Shown piece after piece: positions 1 through 13,682 of a stretch of DNA of 64,000 nt. The notes beneath the pieces were generated by a model, which had not been told where the DNA came from, did not search any database, and worked only from the letters and a program-made list of their open reading frames with translations. Made by a program: the position numbers and the translations under genes. This stretch comes from Lingula anatina (Eukaryota; Animalia; Brachiopoda), in assembly GCA_051362555.1 (NCBI GenBank), contig CM120648.1:13078587-13142586 (forward strand), given 5' to 3'. The first letter of the stretch is position 1. Every line of letters starts with the position of its first letter.

Positions 1-382
1 TTGTATGTACGTTTGACCTTCCAAATACCAATGAAAATAATTAAATAAACATCTCGAGCATCCACACTTTTTTGCGAGTGCATATCTACATGCATATCTA
101 CATGCATGTTCATCGGTCTGTGCAAAGACATGACACCTGCTACCAGTTTCTTGGTTTTAGCTCCAATTATACGTGGGGCAAAAAGACGAAATAAGTATGT
201 ACATGTATGTAAGTCGTAAGTTTATACATTTTACCTTTTCTTGCCTCTCACTTCTGCGTGTAAATATTATCATTATGCAGTTTATACTGTAAAATACCTG
301 TCAATTAGACCGGGTGATTTATGTGCTTATATATTCACATGTCGCGTTAATAAATAAATAATAGGCCTACTGTTGAAAACCA

Positions 383-671
383 TTAGCCTGCCTCGAGTGT
401 TCCTCTATTCGCCTCCAGACGGTACACACTGACCAGTGAAGTAATAAAGGAGGTATATCACCACTTATTTCAGCCGAGCTTGGAGAGTTACGACTGACGA
501 TTACAATGGATCTTAGGTACAAATTAGAACTGGCTTAATAAACAATCAAGAAAAATCTACATATAACGTTTAGGGTAACTACGGGTCAGATATTTAACAT
601 ATATACACATACCCTATGTCAGCTGCTGCAACAGCCAAAAAGAACAAGATCAACATTATTTTGGTCTTCAT
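383..671 (-). CDS. Secreted peptide precursor D (divergent family member; exon 1 solid, exon 2 tentative)
   Basis: Exon 1 (671-613) encodes MKTKIMLILFFLAVAAADI-G, a signal peptide with the family MKT start, followed by a phase-2 donor GG|gtatgt as in genes A-C. Candidate exon 2 (428-383, after cttcactggtcag) gives VYRLEANRGTLEAG-stop, 34 aa in total. Alternative downstream exons toward the window edge cannot be excluded. Confidence 0.55.
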
Positions 672-847
672 CTTATTAGAGCTTTATCGTGGAATGATGT
701 TACGTGTTAGCAGGAGTGATAATATACCAGTAAGTGCTTACGTCATCGCATCCAGCCAGCTTACTGCTGATCAGGATGACACATAAAGAAATGTGATTTT
801 TTTCAGCGAGTGTTAGTTCATAGGCTAAATAAATGCGGATTTTTGTT

Positions 848-848
<1 letters not shown>

Positions 849-877
<29 letters not shown>
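849..877. repeat. (AG)n microsatellite
   Basis: Direct inspection. Similar (AG)n tracts at about 13323-13365 and 33973-34001. Confidence 0.95.
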
Positions 878-880
<3 letters not shown>

Positions 881-1729
881 TAATTTAAGAACGCTAAACA
901 TTGTTATTAGCTGTGGCGGTAAACCCGAAAAGTACCTTTGTAAAGCCCTTTTAACATCTTCGGTAACCTATATAACATCTTCGGTAACCTATATTTTTTT
1001 AGTTTGATTTTATATTGGTACAATTAAAAGAAATGTTTCGGCTATTTCTTGCGTGGTCATCCTGAAAAAAAATATAATGACCAAATACCAGACGGTGATC
1101 CTTTTATTATGCTTACTTTTCCCTCTATGTATATGTACTATTTAGTTTTCATATTAGTAACATTTTAATATTAATTAAAATTAAATTAAAATTTAACAAT
1201 AATTTCGCTACCCAAAACCATGGTTTGCTTTGTCTAGCTCTGGTGGTATTAAAATGGCAGAACCGACCTTTTGTCATGGGTTACGAATCACGAGTATTAT
1301 AACTTAATTGGCCTATCACTTTAACTCTCCATCATTTGACTTGAAAAATCACCTCTGTATCAAAATACAGACTTGACATTTAATATGGAATATTTCAGTT
1401 TTAAAGGTATACCTAGGTAAAAATGCGTTCTTTTTAAAAAACTCAGATCTCACATAAGACATCTGACTGGAAAAGTATGAAATCAGGTGTGTCGCTACCA
1501 ATTAAGTGAGTACCAAGTCTGTTGCACTGCTGCATTGAGTAGTATGCAGTGATTTAATTGGCTAGTGCTCCTTTCGGCTGGTCAAAGCTTGGTTTTGATG
1601 AAGCATGGTTCTGTCAAAAAAGTATACATATGTCAGCAACTACTGTATCGAAGAATTTGAAATTTTGCATGCAAGCTGTTGGTTTTGCAGTGCGTACAAT
1701 GAATTAAGCAGTGTTTTATAAGATTGTTA

Positions 1730-2700
1730 AGCTGTGCCAGAATGGCGCGAAAAATACAGACATTGCCAGACAGATTAATGTGGCAAACGGAATGGTCTGC
1801 ACAGTTTTATAGAGTAATGCCCAAACTGATGTACCTACACAGAGGTCACACTCAATGTATCGACATCTTACCACCAGGGTACAGGACTCACTGTCCTTCA
1901 GGATGTGCTGCTGCAATTAAACCAAAACCATCCAGTCCGTTTTAAATGAGGGGCAAATTGTCACCAGAACGCATTTTTCAAGGCTCTTAGCGAACACCAA
2001 AATGGTTTCAGCAGGTTAGGATATCAGGCGACCTCTGTGGAGGCCACTGTAAACAGCAAAACAGCGTAGTCTGTTTCTCTAATGAATTGGGGACCATGAC
2101 CGTTTCTGGGTAGAACACTGAAACCGCATGGCTTTCTTTATAGAGGTCAGATTTCACCCGTACCGCTAAACTGGTCAAAACAGAGTTTACAGACATCCTG
2201 AAGAGGCCTACGACAAGGCGTGTGCCACCTCTTAAGTGACTAGGGTCATTCACAACGTCACTATTTGGAGTGGATACCGCATTGGTGCCAAAACACTAAT
2301 GGAAGCCATCGATGAAAATCTGAACCAGATCAAATAAAGGAATACTCTGGGAACCGCTTGACCATCATTTGATAGGGGACACCTTAGGAACAATTTTAGA
2401 TTGCACGATGAGTTTGTCGGTTCACACAGAACACTTTTAATAGCAGATTACTTACAGAACCAAGAGAATGAGCAGCAACCTTGGTCATCAAAATCGCCAT
2501 ATTTGAACCATATAGCCTACATGTGGGTAGGTCATTACTCGCCGAATCAACGGTCCTACATCAAATTTGAACCAAAAAGGACAAGTTTAAACCGTTGCCT
2601 GGAATTTTATTCCAGATTAAACTCTAAAAACCTATCCTAAGGAATGCCTTGCCGCTTGAAAGCTCTGGTAGCAGCAAGATGAGGTCCGGCGTAACAGCGA
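1730..2700 (+). mobile_element. Decayed Tc1/mariner transposase
   Basis: Frameshifted fragments: TDIARQINV (HTH-like), VVCFSNE (cf. VLFSDE), and HDEFVGSHRTLLIADYLQ..QPWSSKSPYLNHIAYMW (cf. Tc1 QDNAxxH..WPSxSPDLNPIE.W), then PCRLKALVAAR. Catalytic residues are degenerate. Confidence 0.75.
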
Positions 2701-4120
2701 CCATTGCTGTGACTAGACACTGACATCAGGGGCCATGTTGGGGCGTGTAACTCTTTTAAAGACGATAATTTGGAAAATATAGAGATCCAAAATATCGCTT
2801 TCAATGGTTGTAGTATGACTTAAAATAGGCAATGTATTTTTGTTTGCTTCACTGGCGAATTCAATTAATATACTGATGTCAGAAATGACATCGCACAGAT
2901 TATCAAAATTTTTTAAAACACAATTTTAATCTATATTTTCATTTATCAGTCAGCAAAATAGGAAAAAACTGATGAATTATGATTTGGAGAAAATATTCCA
3001 TATTAAATGTCAAGCCTGTAGATAAAAAGTCACATTTCATATATACAGCCTAACATCAATTTACGATTCAGTAAGCGTTACCTTGTCCCAGAATGTAAGA
3101 CTAACATAAACAATGTAACCTTGAGTCGCGTGGTACAAGTCACCTACAGCTGTGTGACACGTGTCGTCTTAAAATAATTAACTTTCTGTTCACACCAGTT
3201 TTACATCAAACGCCTGCCTTTATATTCATTTCTCCAAATAAAATCTAACGATGGGAATAAACATTCTTCGCCATTAAATGTTACCATCTTTGTAAATAAC
3301 TCGGCACGATTTCCTCTAACACTTGACACTTTAACATTGCGATGACACTTAATTTTTCAACCCAAACTATTCAGTCGTACCTAATTATCAATCAACTGTC
3401 CCGTGTCAAAAAGATTGTTTGCCTATCTGGACTTCCCTCTTCCTAAATGGCTATTAGGCATTTCTGTAAAATATAACATGTTTATATTACTGATTTTTTT
3501 TTTTTTGTGTAATCGTTTCACCTGCCAAGTGAATTGAGAGGGAAGGTCGTGCGTCAACAAACAAGCACTACATGTTATGAAAACATTTTGAAACATTGCT
3601 TTTTACTTTAGGTATTAACTCTTTTAAATTATTCATTTTAGCTATGTAAGTATTGATCGTGACTCATTATAATGAATTAAGTGAAAGTTAAATAAAAATG
3701 GCATATATGTTTTAAAATTAAGACGTCTTGTTCCTCGGTGTTTTATTCTCATATTCCATCTGCCTTTACTCTAGATAGTCTTTTGTTGCACTTGATGCAA
3801 CATAATCCGTTATTGTTTGCTCACGTCGATAGCAATTTCTTTAAATTATCGAAAAGGGAAACTAACGTGAGGCAATTAAGAAGGAGCAGATTATGTTCGT
3901 TGGATCGACTAATTTGGATGTCCGATAAGGATTACTTGCCGATTCTCCTACTCTGTAATTGTCATGCGGACTCTGTTGTTGAACCATGCGGGTAAGGGTT
4001 GGGAGTCCATGCGGCTTTTTAGTAAAGTTAGATTCCGGCGGCACTGTACATCATGCAACCGTAACAATTTTACAGTGTGACCACGCACTTGTTCGCGTTA
4101 CCTAAACCGCAGACTTAGAT

Positions 4121-4333
4121 CCCATTTCCAGAGATTAGATCGATCTACTTTAGATCGACCTAACTCCCTGGGGGTTCACGCTAAATAGCTGTCAGCCGGG
4201 CGGACACGAAAGTTAATAACCCCCTTACAGCTTGTAGTAGGCGGGACGGACATTTAAGCCGGATTATCTGACAGTAATCTAGTGAGACTCCCCGCGGGGA
4301 TAGATCGATCTAAAAGCTCTGGGAATACAGCCT
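4121..4333. mobile_element. MITE of about 210 bp, copy 1
   Basis: Imperfect TIRs atttccagagattagatcgatcta / tagatcgatctaaaagctctgggaat. A similar copy lies at about 11655-11868. Confidence 0.75.
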
Positions 4334-5607
4334 TAACCCCAGTCTCCCATAAAGTCAAGTAACGAGATGAGGTATATATTTATAATACATTCGAAGCTCA
4401 AATCAAGACACAAAGAATATAATATTGATACACTGAATCTTTGTTTGGTGGGTCACCGTACTATCCGCCACTGTGATAAAACCAGCTGACACATTCCACC
4501 AGACTTCATTTCTATTACGAGAGGCAAGCAGTTACTGCCATTTTAACTTCCTTACTTTAAGAAGTTCGGCAACAAATCAACCAGTAACAATATAGGCACG
4601 GTGCGATTTGTTAAACTAAACCAAAAGTTTACTTAGATTGAATGAAATATTTACTGGTGACATCTTTATACATGTATTATTATTTATAATCACATTGGCA
4701 TTTTTCTCTTAAAAATAACGGAAGTGTTGTCGGTTGACTATCAAAATGACTATACTTTACATATCATATAAGACAAGCTTTGACCCACCAAGCTACCTGA
4801 GAAATATTAAGTGCGCATGCTCATCAATAAAACTCGAGGTGAAGAAAGCATGGCGGATGGAGGCGATCGAAGGAAAAAAGCTCTTCTGTTCTATTATCTT
4901 TCAAAAAGGAGACGAAAAAGAAATGAATTGGCCCGTAGAGCAGCAATGAATCGTCTATCTACGGAGCTAATGTCACCAGAGATATTTACGGAGACATTCA
5001 TGGAGCCCCAGTAGACGGAGGAGGAGGAGGGCAGAATTTTTGCGTATGCAGTCTCGTCAGAGGGCGCAGTTCGTTCTGATGCTGATGTTTGCCTTGTTTC
5101 CTACGCCTGATCGAACTGGAAGGGGGGGGGGTTCACGATTTTGATCCCGATTCATAGCTGCTCTACGAGCCGATTCATTTCTTTTTCTCAGGTAGCTTCC
5201 GCATGGCGAACGGAGCCTAGATTTAATGACTGTACCCCGCAGGGACGACGTGTGGGGAGGTGTGTGAGAGGCGGAGAGACTATTAAAAGATTAGGCGGTT
5301 TTCCTCTCATGTACGTCTGCCAAATTTAGTCCCAGGATTTGTAAAGCCTGGCTCACATCGTTGTGAATGCGGTCTTAGTATACCGGTATAAGCGATCAGA
5401 ATTGATATCTTGGGAAAAGGGAAAGAGGAGATTGGGAGAGACGATCTTGGGAGCATGTAGAAGACGGACCTGGGGAATTCACTTAGAGTATGTAGCTACC
5501 GAGCGTCGAGGAAAAGATCATTTAACTGGTCATTCCTAGTATGTGGACTTAAGATGTGCCCACGTGGCCATGTAACCTTGGTTATCAAGTTCTTGGTCAG
5601 GGAACCT

Positions 5608-5657
5608 GATTATTATTATTATTTTTTTAAATTTATTTATCTATTTATTTATTTATT

Positions 5658-5688
<31 letters not shown>

Positions 5689-5707
5689 CTATTTATTTAT
5701 TTATTTT

Positions 5708-5746
<39 letters not shown>

Positions 5747-5770
5747 TCATTATTATTATTATTATTATTT
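5608..5770. repeat. (TTA)n/(TTTA)n simple repeat
   Basis: Direct inspection; it explains spurious ORF 5554..5775. Confidence 0.95.
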
Positions 5771-7092
5771 TGTGAAACCGGGGCCTGAAACCCCCTAAGA
5801 TTCACTGATTTATTCTAACTGAAGATTGTTTTTTAAAAGCTATTGCACTTACCGGCAGTTGTTAGTGCTAGGGCTAAAGGAAAACTTAATTGGGCAAGGC
5901 CAAGGGTAGATTATAGTCGTTACCGTTTATCAGAAAGGGATGAGGACCGTAATCCTTTTTACATCAGAGAGACATCACTGAAAACGCGCGTGTTAAAATA
6001 GTGTAGAGCTAGTGCAACATCTGAGGTATCTAAACATATTTTAATTAAAATTTTGACAACCCAGGTCATGAAACTGTTAAAAGGTGAATATATTGGACGA
6101 AGGACCAAGATTTCTTTGAAAGAGAAGTGAAGAGGGTTATTTGCATTATTTAAAGATTTACTGTTGATTTACTCTATAAAAACGTGATTTTTAGCCCTAT
6201 TTGGGTACAGTAACTTGCCCAGTGTATGGGACAGCCTGTTAGATTTTTTTGAAAGGGAGGGAAGGACTCGGTCCCTGGAACTTAAAATTCCTCTCCCTCC
6301 AGTGTCTACAGCGACATCTATTGGTAGTCCAGTAAACGAATCAAAAGTTATGTCGTGAATCAAAAATGTTTTGTTTCCTCGTTCTGAACAAGTCTCTAAA
6401 ATAGAAATAAACAACATTCTGACCGGTGAGTATAGCAATTGTTTATTTTCATTTCTATTTTAGAAAAGCACTATTCCAATTTATCAACGTTAGTTTTGGT
6501 CATTTGGTCATGATGATAGTATATTGAAATTACATTGTGTGTTTTTCATTTATGCTTAATTTGTTTTCTCTACAGAAAAAAAAATATTAAAGTATGTATG
6601 CAGCTTCCTTAATTAAAGCAGTACTATTCAACAAGTAACTTTCATGCCCTTTCCAAGATTTCTTCAAGAATGGCTTTCTAATAAGTGTCTCTGGTCAACA
6701 AGCTCTCCAGAAACTCATTCATAGGGCATCTGCAATAAAGTAACATACAATATCATAATGCAAATATGTAATAGAGCATAATAATATTTTGCAAAGGTGC
6801 TTATATATATATATATATAATTTTTTTTTTTGGGGGGGGGGGATAATTGATTATGAGTAAACATATTTTTTCCGTATGTACCTGGTATATACTCAGAACA
6901 AACCTGTACTGCCTTGTTTCTATTTTTTTCCTTTTGTTTTCTTGCGTCATTTAACAAGCACACTTAAAGACAGACAACGTGCGTTAGAGCATATAGGGAT
7001 AGATTTGAAGCAAAATATTAATCGAATTTGTGTCCCAGGATATTGTTTTTGATTGTAGATACTGTACTTATTCCCGTTGAAACTGGACTGTT

Positions 7093-10000
7093 TTAGCCTA
7101 CCGAATAAATAATTAGGAAACGGACGCCATGTATCTGTATTTCGATGATCAACGGAATTCTCTCACGCTTTCAACCAATCGCAATATTTCAGAGATAAAG
7201 TAACATGAATAGCGCGAGTCTCAAATAAGAAAGTCTTAATTAAAAACGTTTTAGAACTCCCAGCAGTTTAGAATAGGAGATACTTCGGCCATTATGGGAA
7301 ATGTGATGAAATTTACAAGAAAATTAATTTTTGGCTAAATAAAGGTCTAACGCGCTTTGTTTGTCTTTAATTTACTTATATAATCAGTAATTCGTGACAT
7401 GGTTAGACCGACGACCATTTACACCTTACCACAATCCGGCGAATATATAGTTAAACATCTGATAATATTCGGGGTTTCCACAGCCCGTTTGGCTTTGTTC
7501 AGGGTAGACTTCTCTGCAAGTGGTCCTCTGACATAGAAAGGAAATAATCGTTTTAATTTATAACTTAGCTTTACCTATATTATGGCGACCTTTGAGCATC
7601 CCTTGTGCACTGTTGCCACTTGTATTACTAGTATAAGTATATAGATGTTTGTCCATTTGTATGTAATAAAACAAATGCACACCAATGGATTTGTGAAGCA
7701 ACTGCATGAAAATGACAATGTTTATTTCTGCATTATCTAAGAAGATCAGGAAAAATATCTTAACGTATCTATCCCCCTTAGGACGCCACCTTTTCCATTA
7801 TCGGTTAATAACATTATTTTATATTATTGTGCATGTATATTTAACATTACAGATCGTTCATTATTTTGTTTCTAATCCTCTTTATCATTTTATTATTTGG
7901 TTTGATAAGTTACCAATTTTCAACCCCTTTTGATATTTATTTTAATTACAGTACTTTTTGGATTGATATATTACCTTGGAGAGGTAGGGTTGTCTGATGA
8001 GCTATCAATCAAATTATTGTAAATGCTAAATTAGCTTAACTGCTTCGATTTCAACTCACATAATATGGATTTTACTATGTAAAGGTTGAGTTAAAACTGT
8101 TACATGTATATTGCTGGCTTTGCAATTTCTATGTGGATTTAGGTTAACTTAACATTCTAAATGACTCACCGAAAGGTGTTAAGAGTGTGTAGTCATGCGG
8201 TCTCGATATTCTTCATGGGGATTCAGAATTTCACCGAGTATTGTACAACTTAGACCTTATCAAAATTAGGCAAAGACAGACAACCAAGAATTTACCTTTC
8301 CGTCCTCTGGTTGTCAACCGCACGTTTGATGACCTTCATTAGGGTACCCTCGGCAATACCTGGACGTCCTCTGAGGAAGAAAGCAAAAGAATTGTATGAA
8401 TTTACGACTAATATGACACCAGTTACTTCCGCCTAACGGACAACCAGCAGAGCATTGCATGGCCGCCTTCTGAATTGATGCTTGTAGCTTTTTAAACATT
8501 AAAAAATTTAAGCAAAATTTATTCAGAAGAACGAAAAGAAGCAAATTGTTTCTAGCTTTATATGCTCTTCTTAAGATAACAAAAATATATATTTTTATAT
8601 GAGTCGTATATACAAAAAATTAATAAAGATAAAAAGACAATTTAAAAATGAATAGAAACATCCATAACCAAATGGACATAATGCTTATAAACAACTAACT
8701 AGATAGATGAATGAATGAAGAAAGAACATCGATTGTACTATTTACACTCGAAATAAACCATTTTTCAAAATTGAATTTAAAAAATGATACCCTTCAAGTA
8801 CTTTCAACGTTGTTAAGTAGGAATGAACAAATATAATTTCATTATGTCCAACAGTGACAGAAACTGGGTTAAAATTCAAATTCGTTGGTCGAAATGTTTT
8901 GGGAGTGCGGAAGTATGTCGACGTCAACATTCTCTTGACGGATAAAGAAAAAATAATAAAGAATTGAAAAGAAAATGAAAGCAACAATTTTAGTGTGCCC
9001 CTGGATTCTCTTTGAATTACCTCATACCTTCACAATTGAAGCATTTGTCTATACAGTGTGAGCACTTATCCTATAAACACAGTGTATACATATATACTTT
9101 ACAATGTATTTATATTAGACGCTTGATCAATATTCAATATTTGTCTCACAAACACATAATTATATAACACAGAAAATTACAGAGCTTGCAAAAATGTATG
9201 CATGTACCATTTAAAAAATATTATTATCATTATTAATGTTTTTATTATTAACTGCCTATTTTGAGTGATCACAACAGCTGAAACGGGGCTTAAATGTCCT
9301 GAACGCAGTGACGTGACGCAGTTGTCGCCACCTGTGTGTTAAATGGGGCGAGCCCACATTCAGAACAACATACAGGTAGTTGTTAGTACATCCAGTACAT
9401 ACATAAAGGTTGGATGAGGGCGAACATTAAAAGCCTTAAAAGATGGAAAGACTGAACTGATAGGATTTACATCAAGATTTAAGATAAATAGGGGAAATAC
9501 AACGAAATCTAGTATTTTTACACTATATCTTTTTACGTGAAAGATCTGGGTGTCACTTTTGATAAATATGGAACTTTGGATAGACAGTCTCTGGAATGTC
9601 CAAGTCAGCATCATATTCACTCTGGCGATTTAGAAAGAAAAAAAAAGAAATGAGAAATGAAAAAAAAAGATATGTTTAGTACATTCTTTTATTACTTGTA
9701 AACTGGATTACTGAAATAGTCTCCTACATAGTTTAAGCAACCATTATTTGAACAAACTGCAATTATTTCAAAATTCTGTAACCAGGCTGCTAACAAAAAT
9801 GGGAATGAACAGTCGAGAACATGTAACACCTGTATCGACGTAACATTATTGAAAGAAAATTTTATTTAAAGTTCTATGTTACAAGGCAGTTACAAAAACA
9901 ACCCACTCTATATCTAATTTAGCCAAATCAGCAGGGACGGATTACTAGGTCTTCAACTTTTAGCCGCTTACTCTTAGAATGTACTGTTTTAGAGAAAAAA

Positions 10001-11335
10001 GCCTGGTAAATTTTTCGGAAAAATGGCCTCACAACTCTGGAACGGTTTACCGGCTCAAATAAAAGCAGCAGGTGACACAGGTTTTTTTTAAAGACACTTT
10101 TCAAGACTTACTATTTATTATTATTAATTATCGAGCAATTTTTAAACTTACGATCCTAGTATTCATAATTGACATATTTAACTCTTTAACTTAGATTTTA
10201 GATTAGTAATGAGCTATATATCTGTAGTATTATAACAAAGTTTGAACTGCTATTTTAGCTCTCAACTTTATCATTTTAAATCTTCATTGTAATGTTTGCC
10301 CTTTTATATTGTTTTAAATTGTAATACTTAGCTTTTTCATATATTACTACTTTAAACAGCTACTTTAAACAATTGTAAGGTGCATTGAGATTATAATGAA
10401 ATATGCGCCATATAAGAAGCAATTGGTATTTTTTATTATTATTATGGCTGTCAAATAAACTGATGCTCGGCACCATGTGAATCGTAAACCTTTTTTATTA
10501 AGTTAGTGTAATGGGTGAAATGTTTCATACCAGTGACAATCCTGTGGTGACGACTTGTAGTGGTCGTCCAAAGAAAACAGCAAGATATAAACCATGTAGT
10601 TTATTACTAAAGCTTAAATTCTAGTTTTCTGTTTAGATTACAGAGTTGATAAAATTTTGAATCTAATACATTTCATTTTCATTATAATTCATTTAAATCT
10701 ATTAGGGAATGTCTCACATTGTCCAATGTTCAAGCATTAATAATGCTATAGTGTTGTTTAATGTCACTAAATGTCTTCTTACCTACAATACTGTATATGT
10801 AGATAAGCATATGTCAAAGTTGCTCTGTATAATTGTTAAATCATAGCCTTTGAAAAGTGCTTATATAAAAATATCGTAATACAAGTGTTGTAGAAATAAC
10901 TTACTCTGCCCGATTGCCGACAGGCAGTTCGTCCGTGAGCCCCCACCTGTAAAAAAATATTCCAGATAAAGCTCACAGAAACTATACTGCTCAGTATGAA
11001 TTGCAGATACCAGAAGCGCGAATAGGGAAACCCAAAGGTGTTTCTCTCTACCGGAGGCCCTTCTAGCTGTCACAAATTTGGTTGGTGGATTTCGGCCCAT
11101 TTTTTGTCAGCTAGCTATATAAGACCCCTGGTATACAGTAAGGTCAGCTAGCTATAGGTAGACGAATAAAACAGCTTTACCAGTTACAAATCCGAAATTT
11201 GACTAAATAACCAATCGAATTAACATAAAAGCGGTATGTTTAAAGTGCATGTAATAACAGATAGAATAATTTTCTATAGACCTACCAAGCCTCAACAAAA
11301 GTAAGAATCATCATCAGCAACAGCGCGGTCTTCAT
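7093..11335 (-). CDS. Secreted peptide precursor A, 89 aa, 5 coding exons (signal peptide, KR sites, amidated two-Cys peptide)
   Basis: Exons 11335-11286, 10946-10905, 8370-8296, 7527-7430, 7097-7093. All introns are GT-AG with compatible phases (2,2,2,1); 270 nt, no internal stop. Translation: MKTALLLMMILTFVEA-WWGLTDELPVGNRAEGRPGIAEGTLMKVIKR-AVDNQRTERGPLAEKSTLNKAKR-AVETPNIIRCLTIYSPDCG*. Paralog B has the same exon structure. Confidence 0.82.
9360..10443 (+). mobile_element. 5'-truncated L2/CR1-clade LINE fragment in intron 2 of gene A
   Basis: Degenerate RT C-terminal motifs KTELIGF, VKDLGVTFD, LDY.NSLLH and EHVTPV; 3' end gcgccatataag followed by (tta)n. Also present in unit 2, so it predates the duplication. 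Confidence 0.8.
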
Positions 11336-11445
11336 TATTGTGCTATATCGCATAATGTATACGTATAATGTTATTTCTAAGGCGCAGTAAGGTGTATCTG
11401 TTTGTCAGGACAGCCCTGACCTGCAACCAGGCCAAGTTATTCAGA

Positions 11446-11456
11446 TACGTCACCAC
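11446..11456 (-). promoter_or_regulatory. CRE/ATF-like element GTGGTGACGTA upstream of gene A
   Basis: About 110 nt upstream of the A start codon. The identical 11-mer lies about 130 nt upstream of gene C (24695-24705), and TGACGTAA lies about 67 nt upstream of gene D (738-745). Confidence 0.45.
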
Positions 11457-11580
11457 TTATTCAACAGAAACATTCGGAAAAATTTTGCGATTTAGGTACG
11501 ACTTATTGATAATTTACCTACATACATCTTTGACTTAAGTACCTGCAGAAAGGGGAAAAGTGAGAATTGTTGCATTATCC

Positions 11581-12926
11581 CGGTGTAACAGTAATCCAAG
11601 TCCCCCAGGAACCGAGGTCCTACATGGGAATGGTATTCCCACTGGGACTTACACCCCATTTCCATAGATTAGATCAACCTACTTTGGAACGACCTAACTC
11701 CATGGGGGTTCGCGCTGAATAGCTGTCAGCCGGGCGGACACGAAAGTTAATTGCCCCTTACGGCTTGTAGTGGGCGGGGACGGACACTTAAGGGGGATTA
11801 TCTGACGGTAGTCTGGTGAGACTCCCCGCGGTGATAGATCGATCTAAAGCTGTGGGAATAGACCCTTAGGTTCCTGGCTCATAATTATAGTAGGTAGAGC
11901 TTGTATTACTGGCGGACTTTTATTCCTGTTACATTATAACAGTAATGGGCGTCCGGCCATTTGAAAGTCCTACCCCTATGCAATAATACGGTTAAATGAT
12001 ACAATTACAAATGTATATGAAAATCATTCTGGTGAGCCATATATAAGACAGAAAATGAAGGGTTTGCAACTTCAGCTCGTCGGTGTAGGGGTTAACGTGC
12101 CCTGTGACATCCTTAGGTTCGAGACCTACCTTTGACGTGACCTTGCTCCCCTCCCCCTCCATCCCCCACCTTGCTTTAGCTACTGATGTTTTTAATGTAT
12201 AATATTCTAAATTCTGTGATTATTAAACTTACTACTAGTTTTTTTGTTTTGTTTTTTAACTCAAAGCGCCAACATAGCAAAGGAATATAACAGAATATTA
12301 TATATAATTTCAAATTCTACACTGTCTTGATTTGCCTTATATCCAAGAGCAAATTTCCATTGGATTTAGGGTTATTTTTCAATTTCTGTTAGTGTAAACC
12401 GAAAAATTAATCTAAGAACAGAGATCCCGTGTTTTGTGTAAAGTGATATTCCCCTCATTTGAAAGCCTAAGTAGGTCAATGGCTCATACAAAACTATGCG
12501 TATACTACAAGAAAAATACACAAAATAAAATTAATGAAGGAAAACTATGGGAACCGTGTTGCTTTTGTTACTTCATTAATATGTATGTAAACTGCCTATC
12601 GGAACATAAAAACATCGTAAAGTATTAAAATAAAATGAAATAAAGCAAACCTTTATTATATCTTTAAATCTAGCATATCTCTATATCTATTTATTCATGT
12701 CATGCCTCGGTGTAAACTATATAGGACATGCATTACTAAAATGTTAGGAACGCACGTCCCATTAGGACGTGCATTACTTGGAAGCCCTCGTCCTACGGAC
12801 ATTGAATCCTAGTAACGTATGTCCTAGGACCTCCATTCCTAGCAATGCATGCCCTAGGACTTGCATTCCCAGGACTTAGTGTCCGGGCGGACTTGCGTTA
12901 CTAGGACGTGCATTCCTGCCACCCCG
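11581..12926. mobile_element. Non-autonomous DNA transposon with TIRs, internal short tandem repeats and a nested MITE
   Basis: Left end cggtgtaacagtaatccaagtcc matches the reverse complement of the right end (cggggtggcaggaatgcacgtcc). Degenerate taggac.tgcatt.c repeats at 12720-12915. Absent from the equivalent site in unit 2 (about 22540). Superfamily not assigned. Confidence 0.7.
11655..11868. mobile_element. MITE of about 210 bp, copy 2 (nested)
   Basis: Same sequence family and orientation as 4121-4333. Confidence 0.75.
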
Positions 12927-13317
12927 GGGTCCTTTATTTTAGAAACCAGGGGTCTTTGAAATACCAGGTCCCAGACTCGGATACACGGTAAGTTTGCATA
13001 GGGTTTTAACGATTATTAATTACTTTAGGCAAGTCCAAGTAACTACTGATGTCCACATTTGTTAACATTCAATATTAACATGCACAGCAAGATCAATTCT
13101 GTAGATTTCCCTACAGCCCCTCAAACAAAAATCAGCACAAACGCTTTTTCTCCGATTTATTTTGTTAAAATGACTTCATGCAGTTTTGTTCTGAACGAGG
13201 CTCTTGAAATATAATTTGACAACAACAATCTGGAGTGTGTGTTGCATAATTGTATATTTTATTTTATTTATTTTCTTTTCCAATTTGGAAAATACTAATA
13301 AACAGAATTAACAATGT

Positions 13318-13366
<49 letters not shown>

Positions 13367-13682
13367 AAACAATATCGTTGAGAAGTTTATAACGATATTT
13401 AATTCCATATACACCTTATCAAACATAAAAGTGAGAAAAGAATGTAGTGCAAAGGTGAAAGATTCTGGTTTTCTCTACATAAACAATAGCACTACAAACA
13501 ATGAGCATGATATCGTTATGGTAGAAATATCATGAAAAATGTAAAAAGAATATTATGACAAAGCTGCATTTACTATTACTATTGCACGAAATGCCTACGG
13601 TGACAAGTGCTTCAGGCTTGTAGATTCTTCATTTTATAACTATTTGAATATATCTGAGCAGAGTTTAAAATACGTTTATTAC

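Noticed and set aside
4850-6430. Patchy coding-like sequence, possibly a decayed transposon gene
   Set aside because: Many stops and no motif I could identify. Left unannotated.
6715-6963. ORF with QVCSEYIPGTYGK (and QVCSQYLHGTYGK at 17756-17986) resembling a CCCH zinc finger
   Set aside because: The remaining Cys/His ligands are missing, the two copies differ by a 1-nt indel upstream, and both lie downstream of the A/B stop codons. Best read as 3' non-coding sequence.
10861-11100. ORF with a signal-peptide-like hydrophobic stretch
   Set aside because: It lies mostly in intron 1 of A, overlaps exon 2 in another frame, and is not preserved in unit 2. The real signal exon is 11335-11286.
12720-12915. 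Regularly spaced short repeats, superficially CRISPR-like (also 62955-63105)
   Set aside because: Degenerate tandem units without unique spacers, in eukaryotic DNA with no cas genes.
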